The notes below the pieces were generated by a model that saw only the letters and a list, made by a program, of their open reading frames with translations, did not search any database and was not told where the DNA came from. Made by a program: the position numbers and the translations under genes. DNA of 64,000 bases from Minisyncoccota bacterium. GTDB taxonomy: Bacteria > Patescibacteriota > Minisyncoccia > Phycocordibacterales > UBA9973. The DNA lies in assembly GCA_025453495.1 (NCBI GenBank), contig JALOQM010000001.1:90732-154731 (forward strand). Reading direction: 5' to 3'. This document shows positions 55,527 through 64,000 of this stretch, in pieces; position 1 is the first letter of the stretch; every line of letters begins with the position of its first letter.

Positions 55527-56807
55527 ATGAAACACTTCATTATCCTCCTTCTGACGATGCTTCTCGGAGTTTCTGCGTTCGCGCAGGTAAAAGGACTTGC
55601 CTTTGAAAAAAAGGGCGAACAAAAAGAACTGCCTGACGTATGTGATGGCCGTGCTAAAAAGGTAAACAATAGCAATACTTTAAATTGTACTCAGGAAATT
55701 ATGAATGAGGCAATCGATGTAGGTTTTGCGCTTAATCGACCGCTTTTTTTAAGTGAACCGAAAAATAGCTGGATGACTAAAAGGGACGCTTTCGGCAGTG
55801 ATCAAATTCTGTTTATTATGGAGCGTTCAAAAAAAGTGATTATCACCTTTAAAAAAGGTCAGCTTAACATCTCTCGCGTTCTTGTTAATGATAACGGTCC
55901 GAATACTTTTGAATTCAATTATTTTCGCGAACCACGCGGAATAAGGGAATTTAGGGGAGATTCAATTGTTGAGGCACTTGATGTTGCAACTGGCCGTATG
56001 GTCAAAATTGCAGCTCAATTTACTGAGTATGCTTTTGCGTATCAACCACCCGGAGGAACGGTTATCGTTCCTTGGATGTTGTACGACTGCAAAAATCCTT
56101 GTGCAGTTGTAATGACTCAAAAAAGAGTTCAATACACAGAAGAAAATGAAAGCGAAGATGATCCACAATCCGAAAGTATTGTAACTCAAGATCCGCTTTT
56201 GAATGCAGGAGGTCCGGATGGCGCGACGATTTACCGCGATTCATTGGATTTCAGAAAAGTAGCTTCTGTGCAGCAGACTGGAGGCAGCGGAGATGTCAAC
56301 GTCTTTGTCGATGCACGTTCTTATCAGAATGTGAATGCCGGCAATAACAATGGCAATGGAACTGTAGCTTCGTCTCCGCAACGTGACAGTGTTGTTGTCC
56401 GTCTTGAACCGATTCCTACATACCGTCTCTGCACTCAAGTCGACAACCAGGGGTATTATGCATATAGTCCAAGTCAACCACCACCGCAAGCACAACAACA
56501 GTGCTACAACTATTATGATCCACGGTACGGCACTCAGCCACAACAAGTGTATCGTAATAGAAACGGTATTTGGTATTTTTTGGGAGGTGCTGCAGTGGGT
56601 GCTGGTACAGCATTATTGCTGGATCATCTTTATGGTGGCGGTCGCGGTGGTAATACCGTAATTCACAACACTTTTGCCCCGCCTTTACTGAATACCCCTG
56701 GAGTTATTTCCGGTGGACCAGTTAATCCGCAAAATGGAGGACCAGTTATTTATGGTCCTGGGTATGGTGGGCCCGGAAATCCGGGCAACAGGATGATGAG
56801 ATTTTAA
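55527..56807 (+). CDS. Hypothetical secreted protein with a Gly/Pro/Asn/Gln-rich tail (orphan)
   Basis: Signal peptide MKHFIILLLTMLLGVSAFA-Q; late hydrophobic segment IWYFLGGAAVGAGTALLL. Confidence 0.75.
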   Translation: MKHFIILLLTMLLGVSAFAQVKGLAFEKKGEQKELPDVCDGRAKKVNNSNTLNCTQEIMNEAIDVGFALNRPLFLSEPKNSWMTKRDAFGSDQILFIMERSKKVIITFKKGQLNISRVLVNDNGPNTFEFNYFREPRGIREFRGDSIVEALDVATGRMVKIAAQFTEYAFAYQPPGGTVIVPWMLYDCKNPCAVVMTQKRVQYTEENESEDDPQSESIVTQDPLLNAGGPDGATIYRDSLDFRKVASVQQTGGSGDVNVFVDARSYQNVNAGNNNGNGTVASSPQRDSVVVRLEPIPTYRLCTQVDNQGYYAYSPSQPPPQAQQQCYNYYDPRYGTQPQQVYRNRNGIWYFLGGAAVGAGTALLLDHLYGGGRGGNTVIHNTFAPPLLNTPGVISGGPVNPQNGGPVIYGPGYGGPGNPGNRMMRF

Positions 56808-56830
56808 AGTATATTTTTGTTTTCAAAAAC

Positions 56831-56867
56831 AAAGACGCGTATTGGATATTCCATACGCGTCTTTTTT
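56831..56867 (+). terminator. Intrinsic terminator
   Basis: AAAGACGCGTAT...ATACGCGTCTTT followed by Ts. Confidence 0.7.
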
Positions 56868-56931
56868 CATATCTATTGACAATTATCACGATATATGATA
56901 ATATACACTCATCCATTATTGGAGTAATTAT

Positions 56932-58863
56932 ATGAAACATTTTATGAGAAAAAAAATACGTATCGCAGGGCTTGCTCTTGCGCTCTCGCTTTTTGGAGGG
57001 CAAGCAGCTCATGCAGCAACGACATTCAATACCAACTCGCAAGATTTTGCGACGGTACGTGTGTCAAACTATACCTTGCACCCGAATTCATCTACTAACT
57101 GGAATAGTTCAGTAAATGCGACACCAGGGCAGATTATCTCGGTTGCAATTTATTATCACAACACTGGTACAGAGCCAGCGACAAATACTACTATCAGACT
57201 CTTTGGTGGTTCATCAATGGGTTCATCGATGTATCATTCAATCTCAGGTTCTGTCGGTGCATCAAATGCAACAACTGCATCAGGACAAGCACAAGTCATT
57301 CTCTCAAATGCGCAGACACTGACGTTTATCCCAGGAAGTGCTTCATGGCATCCAAACCAGACTTCGGTCGGACAAAATTTGCCAAATGGTCAGAGTGGTC
57401 TTGAACTCTTCAGTGGTGGCTTGAACATCGGCACTATCGCTCCAGGATGGGGTGCACAGGGTTCAGTCGTGCTGCGCTTCCAGGTTGGCGGCTCACAGCA
57501 GCAAACTGCTGCATGTAATGACGGTACTGACAATGACGGTGACGGCCTTGTCGATATGAACGATCCAGGTTGTACATCTACAAGTGATACCGACGAATAT
57601 AACTCTACCAACAATAACGGCTCTTCTCCTGATGTCACCACCAACAATGCAACTGGTATTGATGTTGACGAGGCAATACTCAGAGGAACGTATGATGCAA
57701 ATAACGCTTCAACGACAACATGGTTTGAGTATGCTCGAGATTACGACGATGTTGCTGATGGAGATGGCACACGAGTTGGTTCCCAAAATCAGGGCACAAG
57801 CTCAGGTTCGATACAGTATCGCCTAACTGGTCTTCGTGAGAACACTACGTATTATTTCCGTGCAGTCGCACAAAATAGCCATGGCACTGATTACGGTAGC
57901 ATCAGATCTTTCAAGACTGATGTTGAAGAAGAGGAGAACACTGGCTCAGTTACTGCGCTTACATCTCTTTCGACTGCAGTCACTCAGACATCAGCGACCA
58001 TAAACGGGGTTGTTACCAATTCGACAGATGCTAGTGCGACTGGTTGGTTTGAATACGGACGCACGACATCACTTGGTGCAAAGACACCTACTCGCTCTCT
58101 TGGCACATCATCATCTCGTTCCATGATAGAGACAGTCACTGGTCTTAGCTCAGACACTATTTACTACTTCCGTGCAGTCGCAGAATCAGACAATGGAGAG
58201 ATTTCACGTGGTGATATTCTCACATTCAAAACTGCTGGAGTGCAAACAGTACAAGTCGTAACCACTCCGACAACAGTAGTGACTACACCAACTACGGTTG
58301 TTACCTCACCAATGACAGTTGTCTCAACTGGTGCATCTCGTTTTGTCTTCATAAAGATTGAAAACCGTTTCGAGAATGTCGCAGTCGGAGATACGATTGA
58401 CTATACAGTAACGTACAGAAACATCAGCTCTCGTACTCTTCAGAAAGCGGTGATTGAAGTTGTATTTCCTAAAGAAGTAAAATTCGTCCGCTCAAGCGAT
58501 GGTGAATATGACGACAAACGTAATGTACTTGTCGTTCCTATCGGTACGCTTGTCCCTGGTGATGAAGGTACTATCACTATTGATGCAAAAGTACTCTCTG
58601 TTGCAAGATCAAAAGATGCACTCCTTACCAATGCACTCTTTAAGTACACCAATCCGGTGACAACAGTGCAGGAAGAAGCGATTGCATATGTCATCAATAG
58701 AGTTGAGAACCAGAATGGTACAAGTCTTGGCGCAGCATCTATCTTTGGAGATGGAAGCTTCCTCCCAACAACGTTGCTCGGATGGCTTTTCCTTATCCTT
58801 GTGATCTTTGGACTTATTGTTCTTGGTCGCATGCTCTACAACAAGAGTCAGCTCGGTAGATAA
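56932..58863 (+). CDS. Cell-surface protein with two FN3-like repeats, a DUF11-like domain, a Ca-binding Cys/Asp motif and a C-terminal TM anchor
   Basis: TGL..NT/DT.YYFRAVA twice; GDTIDYTVTYRN; CNDGTDNDGDGLVDMNDPGC. Confidence 0.82.
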   Translation: MKHFMRKKIRIAGLALALSLFGGQAAHAATTFNTNSQDFATVRVSNYTLHPNSSTNWNSSVNATPGQIISVAIYYHNTGTEPATNTTIRLFGGSSMGSSMYHSISGSVGASNATTASGQAQVILSNAQTLTFIPGSASWHPNQTSVGQNLPNGQSGLELFSGGLNIGTIAPGWGAQGSVVLRFQVGGSQQQTAACNDGTDNDGDGLVDMNDPGCTSTSDTDEYNSTNNNGSSPDVTTNNATGIDVDEAILRGTYDANNASTTTWFEYARDYDDVADGDGTRVGSQNQGTSSGSIQYRLTGLRENTTYYFRAVAQNSHGTDYGSIRSFKTDVEEEENTGSVTALTSLSTAVTQTSATINGVVTNSTDASATGWFEYGRTTSLGAKTPTRSLGTSSSRSMIETVTGLSSDTIYYFRAVAESDNGEISRGDILTFKTAGVQTVQVVTTPTTVVTTPTTVVTSPMTVVSTGASRFVFIKIENRFENVAVGDTIDYTVTYRNISSRTLQKAVIEVVFPKEVKFVRSSDGEYDDKRNVLVVPIGTLVPGDEGTITIDAKVLSVARSKDALLTNALFKYTNPVTTVQEEAIAYVINRVENQNGTSLGAASIFGDGSFLPTTLLGWLFLILVIFGLIVLGRMLYNKSQLGR

Positions 58864-58907
58864 AGATCTAGTCGCCAACTAAAAACGCGCAAAAAATAAT
58901 TACTTCA

Positions 58908-58940
58908 ACACAAAACCCCGAAAGGGGTTTTGTGTGTTTT
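58908..58940 (+). terminator. Intrinsic terminator
   Basis: ACACAAAACCCC-GAAA-GGGGTTTTGTGT. Confidence 0.75.
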
Positions 58941-58943
58941 TAT

Positions 58944-59197
58944 GGACTCGCTCCGCTCGCTTCCACTTCAGTAACATTACTCACTACGTGTATTTTTTTT
59001 CGCTACCCCGCTTTTTTCTAGCTGCAGGTCTGCGTATGTATTTCTGTGTATTTTTTTATTTGCGATATAAAATAAATTTTTGCTTTATTTTAAGTAGTGT
59101 ATGCAGACCTGTTCTCACTACGAAAGAAAGCGGGTGCGGGCAAAAAAGAGCACTGAACCGTAGAATGAGTACAGTAGTAACAGCGAGATATCGAGCC
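58944..59197 (+). repeat. ~250-nt rod-like imperfect inverted repeat starting with CTCGCTCCGCTCG
   Basis: Nested pairings 58978-58988/59159-59171, 59007-59018/59122-59134 and 59025-59037/59099-59111. Confidence 0.55.
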
Positions 59198-59236
59198 ACT
59201 CTACCCAAAACGCCACTTTTGCCTTACAGTAGTCGC

Positions 59237-59695
59237 ATGAGACGAAAACACATGACCGCCACACATCTTGATCATACAAAAGCATTTGCTGCACATGTCA
59301 TCCGCGAACTTGCGTCTTGTGGTCCCGGGAAGCAGGCGACAGTCATTGGTCTATATGGAGAGCTTGGCGCAGGGAAGACGACGTTTACAAAAGAAGCAGC
59401 ACTCTTGCTCGGCGTTAGACGAACCGTGTCTTCACCAACATTTGTCCTTGAGCGAATCTACACACTATCGCCGAAATACACATTTTCAAAACTCATTCAT
59501 ATTGATGCATACCGTCTCAAAGATGGTACCGAGCTTGCCCATCTTGGGTGGGCAGAATTGCTTGCAGATCCCAAGAATCTCATTTTTATCGAATGGCCAG
59601 AAAAAGTGATGGATGTCATGCCAGTGCGACATATTGGTATTTTCTTTACCCACAAAGGAGAGAATGAGCGTACTATAGAGCTTCGACGTGTATAG
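59237..59695 (+). CDS. tsaE: tRNA t6A biosynthesis ATPase TsaE
   Basis: GELGAGKTTF, SSPTF, HIDAYRL and IEWP motifs. Confidence 0.93.
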   Translation: MRRKHMTATHLDHTKAFAAHVIRELASCGPGKQATVIGLYGELGAGKTTFTKEAALLLGVRRTVSSPTFVLERIYTLSPKYTFSKLIHIDAYRLKDGTELAHLGWAELLADPKNLIFIEWPEKVMDVMPVRHIGIFFTHKGENERTIELRRV

Positions 59696-59722
59696 ATGCT
59701 CTGAATGCTATACTTAGTCTAT

Positions 59723-62116
59723 ATGCCAAAGAGCGTCCAAATAAAAAATAAAAACACAGTAAAATCAAAAACTAAGAAGACGCTAGTACTCTTGGATGCG
59801 CATGCGATTATTCATCGCGCGTATCATGCACTTCCAGAATTTGCTTCAAGCAAAGGTGAACCGACAGGTGCCCTCTATGGTGTCGTGACAATGGTGCTTC
59901 GTATTGTCGCTGAATTTAAGCCAGACTATATAGTCGCCTGCTACGACTTGCCTGGAAAAACATTTCGCCACGAGAGCTATGAAGGATACAAAGCAGGGCG
60001 CAAAAAAACTGATGACGCACTTATGGTCCAGATTGAACGCTCGCGTGATGTTTTTGCCGCACTTAATATTCCAATCTATGCAGAACCAGGATTTGAGGCT
60101 GATGATATACTCGGTACAATCACTTCAAAGGTTGCAAAAGATACACAGATAGAAATTATCATCGCGTCAGGTGATATGGATACTCTTCAACTTGTTGATG
60201 CTGCCCGCGTACGGGTATTTACGCTCAAAAAGGGTCTCAATGATACTGTACTTTATGACGAGAAAGCCATTATTGACCGCTTCGGCTTTGGCCCATTACA
60301 AATTCCTGATTTCAAAGGGCTCAAAGGTGATCCTTCAGACAATATTATTGGTGTGCCAGGAATTGGAGACAAGACAGCAACGACACTTATACAAGCCTTT
60401 GGCACTGTCGAAGGTATCTATAGAGCACTCAAGAAGGATCATTCAGCACTGCTTGCAGCAGGTATTACCGAACGAATCATGCATATTTTGAAAGAACACG
60501 AAGAAGAAGCGATATTTTCAAAAACACTCGCAACCATACGTCGTGATGCACCGATCGAGTTTATTCTTCCTCATAAAGAATGGAAAGAAGGAATAGTTAA
60601 AGAAAATATCCAATCTCTTTTCAAAGAGCTTGAATTCAAGAGCCTTATAGATCGCTTTGAGCGTAGTATCGATAGTGAAGAGATAAAAGAAGAACCAGCT
60701 CTAGTGTCAACGGAAGACAAAGAACATATAAATCAAGATGCATTACAGAAGCTTGCAATCGCGCTCTGGCTCATTAATTCTGAAAGTACTAATCCAACTC
60801 TTGATGACATCTATGCATATGCTGGAACTCACATCTTTGCTGACGCAGAAAAGAAAATTCTCGCTGAAGTAAAAGCCCAAGGACTCGAAAAAGTCTATAC
60901 TGACATTGAAGTACCACTTATCCCAATCATAGAAGCTGCAAAGAATTGGGGTGTATGTATTGATCCAGAGCATTTTGCAAAACTTTCCAAGAAATATCAT
61001 GTGGAGCTTTCTGGTATTGAAAAAAAGATATACACGCTTGCTGGGAAAAAATTCAACATCAACTCACCAAAACAGCTCGGAGTGATCCTTTTTGATGATC
61101 TCAAACTTGTGGTTCGTGGACTCAAGAAAACTGCTGGTGGCGCAAGATCAACACGTGAATCAGAGCTTGAGAAGTTAAAAGATGCACATCCTATCATTGA
61201 GAAGATTCTTGAATACCGTGAATTGCAAAAATTACTCTCAACCTACATCGATACCATCCCAGCAATGGCAGACGAAAATGGCAGACTGCATAGCACACTC
61301 AATCAAACTGGGACGACAACCGGTAGGATGTCTTCACAAAATCCAAATATGCAAAATATTCCCGTGCGTGGAGAAATTGCACGTGAAATTCGCAAAGGGT
61401 TTGTCGCAAGTCCTGGACATGTATTTGTTGCATGTGATTATTCTCAGATTGAAATGCGAGTGCTCGCACTTCTTTCTGAAGACGAGAAATTGCTTGATAC
61501 ATTCAAAAAAGAAAAAGATGTACACGCAAGTGTTGCCTCATTTGTCTTTAAAGTTCCCGAAGCTGCAGTTACTTCTGACATGCGTCGACAGGCAAAAGTT
61601 ATAAACTTCGGCATCATCTACGGCATGGGGGTCACTGCACTCAAAGCGACTCTTGGTTCAACTCGAGAAGAAGCAGAGCGCTTTTATAATGATTATTTTG
61701 AAACATTTCCAAGTATTCGCATGTATTTTGAAAAAGTGAAAAATGAGGCAGCACGACGTGGGTATACTGAGACACTTTTTGGTCGCCGTCGGTATTTCCC
61801 AGGATTAAAATCGAAAATTCCATATGTCCGAGCGATGGCAGAGCGCATGGCAATGAATGCACCACTACAGGGTACTGCTGCTGATATCATCAAGATTGCT
61901 ATGCGAGAAGTTGACAGAGAACTCAAACAGCAAAATCTTGTGGAGCATGTACATTTGGTGATGCAAATTCATGACGAACTCATCTATGAAGTGGCTGAGT
62001 CAGTAGAAATAGCTACAAGAGAGCTCGTTCGTCGTGTTATGGAAAATGCTATCGAAGCACGATTACCCTTTTCTGCAAATGTTTCCAGTGGCAAAAATTG
62101 GGGGGAATTAGCATAG
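59723..62116 (+). CDS. polA: DNA polymerase I (5'-3' exonuclease plus polymerase; 3'-5' exonuclease domain essentially absent)
   Basis: EADD, GDPSDNIIGVPGIG, TGRMSSQNPN, DYSQIE, NFGIIYG and QIHDEL motifs. Confidence 0.96.
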   Translation: MPKSVQIKNKNTVKSKTKKTLVLLDAHAIIHRAYHALPEFASSKGEPTGALYGVVTMVLRIVAEFKPDYIVACYDLPGKTFRHESYEGYKAGRKKTDDALMVQIERSRDVFAALNIPIYAEPGFEADDILGTITSKVAKDTQIEIIIASGDMDTLQLVDAARVRVFTLKKGLNDTVLYDEKAIIDRFGFGPLQIPDFKGLKGDPSDNIIGVPGIGDKTATTLIQAFGTVEGIYRALKKDHSALLAAGITERIMHILKEHEEEAIFSKTLATIRRDAPIEFILPHKEWKEGIVKENIQSLFKELEFKSLIDRFERSIDSEEIKEEPALVSTEDKEHINQDALQKLAIALWLINSESTNPTLDDIYAYAGTHIFADAEKKILAEVKAQGLEKVYTDIEVPLIPIIEAAKNWGVCIDPEHFAKLSKKYHVELSGIEKKIYTLAGKKFNINSPKQLGVILFDDLKLVVRGLKKTAGGARSTRESELEKLKDAHPIIEKILEYRELQKLLSTYIDTIPAMADENGRLHSTLNQTGTTTGRMSSQNPNMQNIPVRGEIAREIRKGFVASPGHVFVACDYSQIEMRVLALLSEDEKLLDTFKKEKDVHASVASFVFKVPEAAVTSDMRRQAKVINFGIIYGMGVTALKATLGSTREEAERFYNDYFETFPSIRMYFEKVKNEAARRGYTETLFGRRRYFPGLKSKIPYVRAMAERMAMNAPLQGTAADIIKIAMREVDRELKQQNLVEHVHLVMQIHDELIYEVAESVEIATRELVRRVMENAIEARLPFSANVSSGKNWGELA

Positions 62117-62173
62117 TAGTATTGCAATAGAGCTATTCCTATACAGTCAGAGTCGTGGTAGAATCATGAAGTC

Positions 62174-62647
62174 ATGTCTGACAAAAATACTAAGAAGCCA
62201 GTACCTGGGGTACATGCAGTCCTTGCGCATTCGTACTTAATGTATTTCTTTGCAGTTGTCGCTGGACTCCTTCTCGATCTCACGATTCCAATAAAAATAA
62301 TTCCTGATCATATTGCCACAGCAATTGGTATGGTATTTCTTTTTGCTGCTCCGGCACTTATCATCTGGGCACAGATGACATCGCATCGTTTTGAAAAGGA
62401 GAAAAACAAGACTGATGCACTCAATTTCTTTAAGGGGCCATACGTCTTTACTAGAAGTCCGACACATCTTGGTCTTGATATGTTGGTTATCGGATTTGCG
62501 CTCATTTTGAATTCTCTTTTTCTTGTTGTCTTTTCTCTTGTTTCGTTTTTTCTTACTCGCTCTATTTTTGTCCGCAAAGAAGAACGGATACTTGGTCAGA
62601 AGTATGGTGATCAGTATCACAAATATCGTAAGTCAGTCCGTGCATAG
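62174..62647 (+). CDS. ICMT/PEMT-family membrane methyltransferase-like protein
   Basis: GPYVFTRSP.HLG and EERIL..KYGDQY..Y...VR motifs. Confidence 0.8.
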   Translation: MSDKNTKKPVPGVHAVLAHSYLMYFFAVVAGLLLDLTIPIKIIPDHIATAIGMVFLFAAPALIIWAQMTSHRFEKEKNKTDALNFFKGPYVFTRSPTHLGLDMLVIGFALILNSLFLVVFSLVSFFLTRSIFVRKEERILGQKYGDQYHKYRKSVRA

Positions 62648-62659
62648 TTTTTATTTCAC

Positions 62660-63376
62660 ATGCTCTATCTTATAGCAGGTACAGATACAGAAAAAAAAAG
62701 AAGCGCCGCAGGGCGCCTTTTTGAAACGTATGCCAAAGGGAATGTATTTTTTGTCCGTAAGGGTGAGTCGTATAGCGCACTCTTAGATGAACATATAGGA
62801 AGTACGTCTTTGTTTGGTGCACCGACGGTTGTTTTTCTTGATGAAGTGCTTACCGAAAAAGAAGCACGAGCGTATATACTTCCACGCACTCCAGAGCTTG
62901 CGAATTCTCTCAATGTGTTTGTTTTCTCTGAAGAAAAACCAGTAAAGGAGATTATAGATGCATTCAAAAAATCTGACGCGGAAATGATTTCATTTGAAAA
63001 GCTAGAAAAGAAAGAGGTAAAAAATGATAGTGTCAATTTGTTTGCTCTTACTGATGCCGTCGCTTCACGTGACAAGAAGTCAGCATGGATTTTGCTTCTT
63101 GGTGCATTCAAAGCAGGCAAAAGCCCAGAAGAAATTGCAGGACTCCTATTGTGGCAGATAAAGAATCTGATTCTTGTAAAAGATCTCCGCGCATCAGCGT
63201 CGTCTCTTGGCATGAAACCTTTTGTATACTCAAAAGCCTCAAGTGCCGCAAAGAAATGGGAGATTGCTGATCTTGAACGATGTATGGGTGCAATCATCTT
63301 TGCTACGCATGAATCTCGTCGCGGTGAATCTGATCCTGAGACGGCGCTAGAAACAATTATTTTGCAGTGTGTGTAA
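62660..63376 (+). CDS. holA: DNA polymerase III delta subunit (shortened)
   Basis: MLYLIAG, SLFG, NLFALTDAV..DKK.A and LGMKPF motifs. Confidence 0.7.
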   Translation: MLYLIAGTDTEKKRSAAGRLFETYAKGNVFFVRKGESYSALLDEHIGSTSLFGAPTVVFLDEVLTEKEARAYILPRTPELANSLNVFVFSEEKPVKEIIDAFKKSDAEMISFEKLEKKEVKNDSVNLFALTDAVASRDKKSAWILLLGAFKAGKSPEEIAGLLLWQIKNLILVKDLRASASSLGMKPFVYSKASSAAKKWEIADLERCMGAIIFATHESRRGESDPETALETIILQCV

Positions 63377-63387
63377 GCACAAAAAAG

Positions 63388-63416
63388 AAAAAGCGCTCAA
63401 GAGAAGAGCGCTTTTT
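63388..63416 (+). terminator. Intrinsic terminator
   Basis: AAAAAGCGCTC-aagagaa-GAGCGCTTTTT. Confidence 0.7.
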
Positions 63417-63655
63417 ATATATTAAGTTTTTTGCCTGTTTATTTATTGTACTATGTTTTGATGAAAAAGAATTTTCTTTTATATAAATCCTGTTGCCGGA
63501 CCGTGGCTTAGAAAATTTTTGCTCATAAAATCTGCATATAGTATACCTCCGCTTTTAGTTTCTCACAAAACAAATATGTGGATAAATAAAAATGTAGTAT
63601 TACTAAGCGTATTTCATTGACCCTGAGAGCGTAGTATGGTATTTTGCCTTAGTAT

Positions 63656-63728
63656 CCGCTCGTAGCTCAGTCGGTAGAGCACCTGCCTTTTAAGCAGAGG
63701 GTCGCAGGTTCGATTCCTGCCGAGCGGA
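63656..63728 (+). tRNA. tRNA-Lys(TTT)
   Basis: CCGCTCG-TAGCTCAG...CTGC-CTTTTAA-GCAG...GTTCGATTCC...CGAGCGGA. Confidence 0.9.
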
Positions 63729-63730
63729 CA

Positions 63731-64000
63731 ATGAAAAAAATAAGTGCCGTACTTATCCTCCATGACATTAGGAGTGCGCATAATGTCGGCGCGATATTTA
63801 GGACTGCAGATGCTGTTGGTATTACAAAGATATACCTGACAGGTATCACACCACTACCAATCGATCGATTTGGTAAGGCACGCAAGGATATCACAAAAGC
63901 GGCACTTGGCGCGGAAAATACTATTCCCTGGGAAAGTAAAAAAATGATCCAACCACTTATCACCACACTACAAAAAGAAGGTTTTTTCGTTGCTGCTATT
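63731..64000 (+). CDS. TrmH/SpoU RNA methyltransferase (partial, runs off the window edge)
   Basis: MKKISAVLILHDIRSAHNVGAIFRTADA...KAALGAE. Confidence 0.88.
   Translation, partial: MKKISAVLILHDIRSAHNVGAIFRTADAVGITKIYLTGITPLPIDRFGKARKDITKAALGAENTIPWESKKMIQPLITTLQKEGFFVAAI

Noticed and set aside
58934-59236. N-terminal extension of tsaE in the ORF track
   Set aside because: It runs through a terminator and the fold-back element; TsaE similarity starts near 59237
63420-63540. Possible c-di-GMP-I riboswitch-like AAGCCACGGTC on the minus strand
   Set aside because: It lacks the P1/P2 GNRA architecture and a downstream gene
1-64000. Alternative genetic code 25 (TGA=Gly)
   Set aside because: Conserved genes are intact under code 11, and dnaA and rnhA end at TGA at their expected C-termini

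Overview
This window is a gene-dense, AT-rich chromosomal segment that uses genetic code 11 (TGA is a stop). It is most consistent with a Patescibacteria/CPR bacterium of Parcubacteria type. That assignment is inferred from reduced forms of MutY, Tig, HolA and PolA, a split ComEC, CPR-style surface proteins and a PrgI/VirB4/VirB6 cluster. The window spans the replication origin region: jag-yidC-yidD-rnpA-rpmH, then dnaA-oriC-dnaN. It also carries housekeeping and repair genes (recJ, rnhA, xth, mutY, pcrA, ruvB/C, polA, holA, rny, clpP, tig, nusA, tyrS, cca), five tRNAs, and a ~15 kb relaxase-less type IV secretion-like and surface-protein cluster close to oriC. The most notable unannotated signals are five. 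(1) Two promoter- or terminator-bounded, highly structured ORF-less RNA candidates flank ruvB in antisense. (2) Two related long rod-like hairpin elements share CTCGCTCCGCTCG. (3) A cluster of parS-like palindromes is embedded in cca and yraN, with an identical 14-mer over both divergent start codons. (4) Self-contained orphan cassettes encode proteins with Bacteroidota-style signal peptides. (5) There is a 71-aa ultra-acidic protein. All calls were made by eye; no searches were run.
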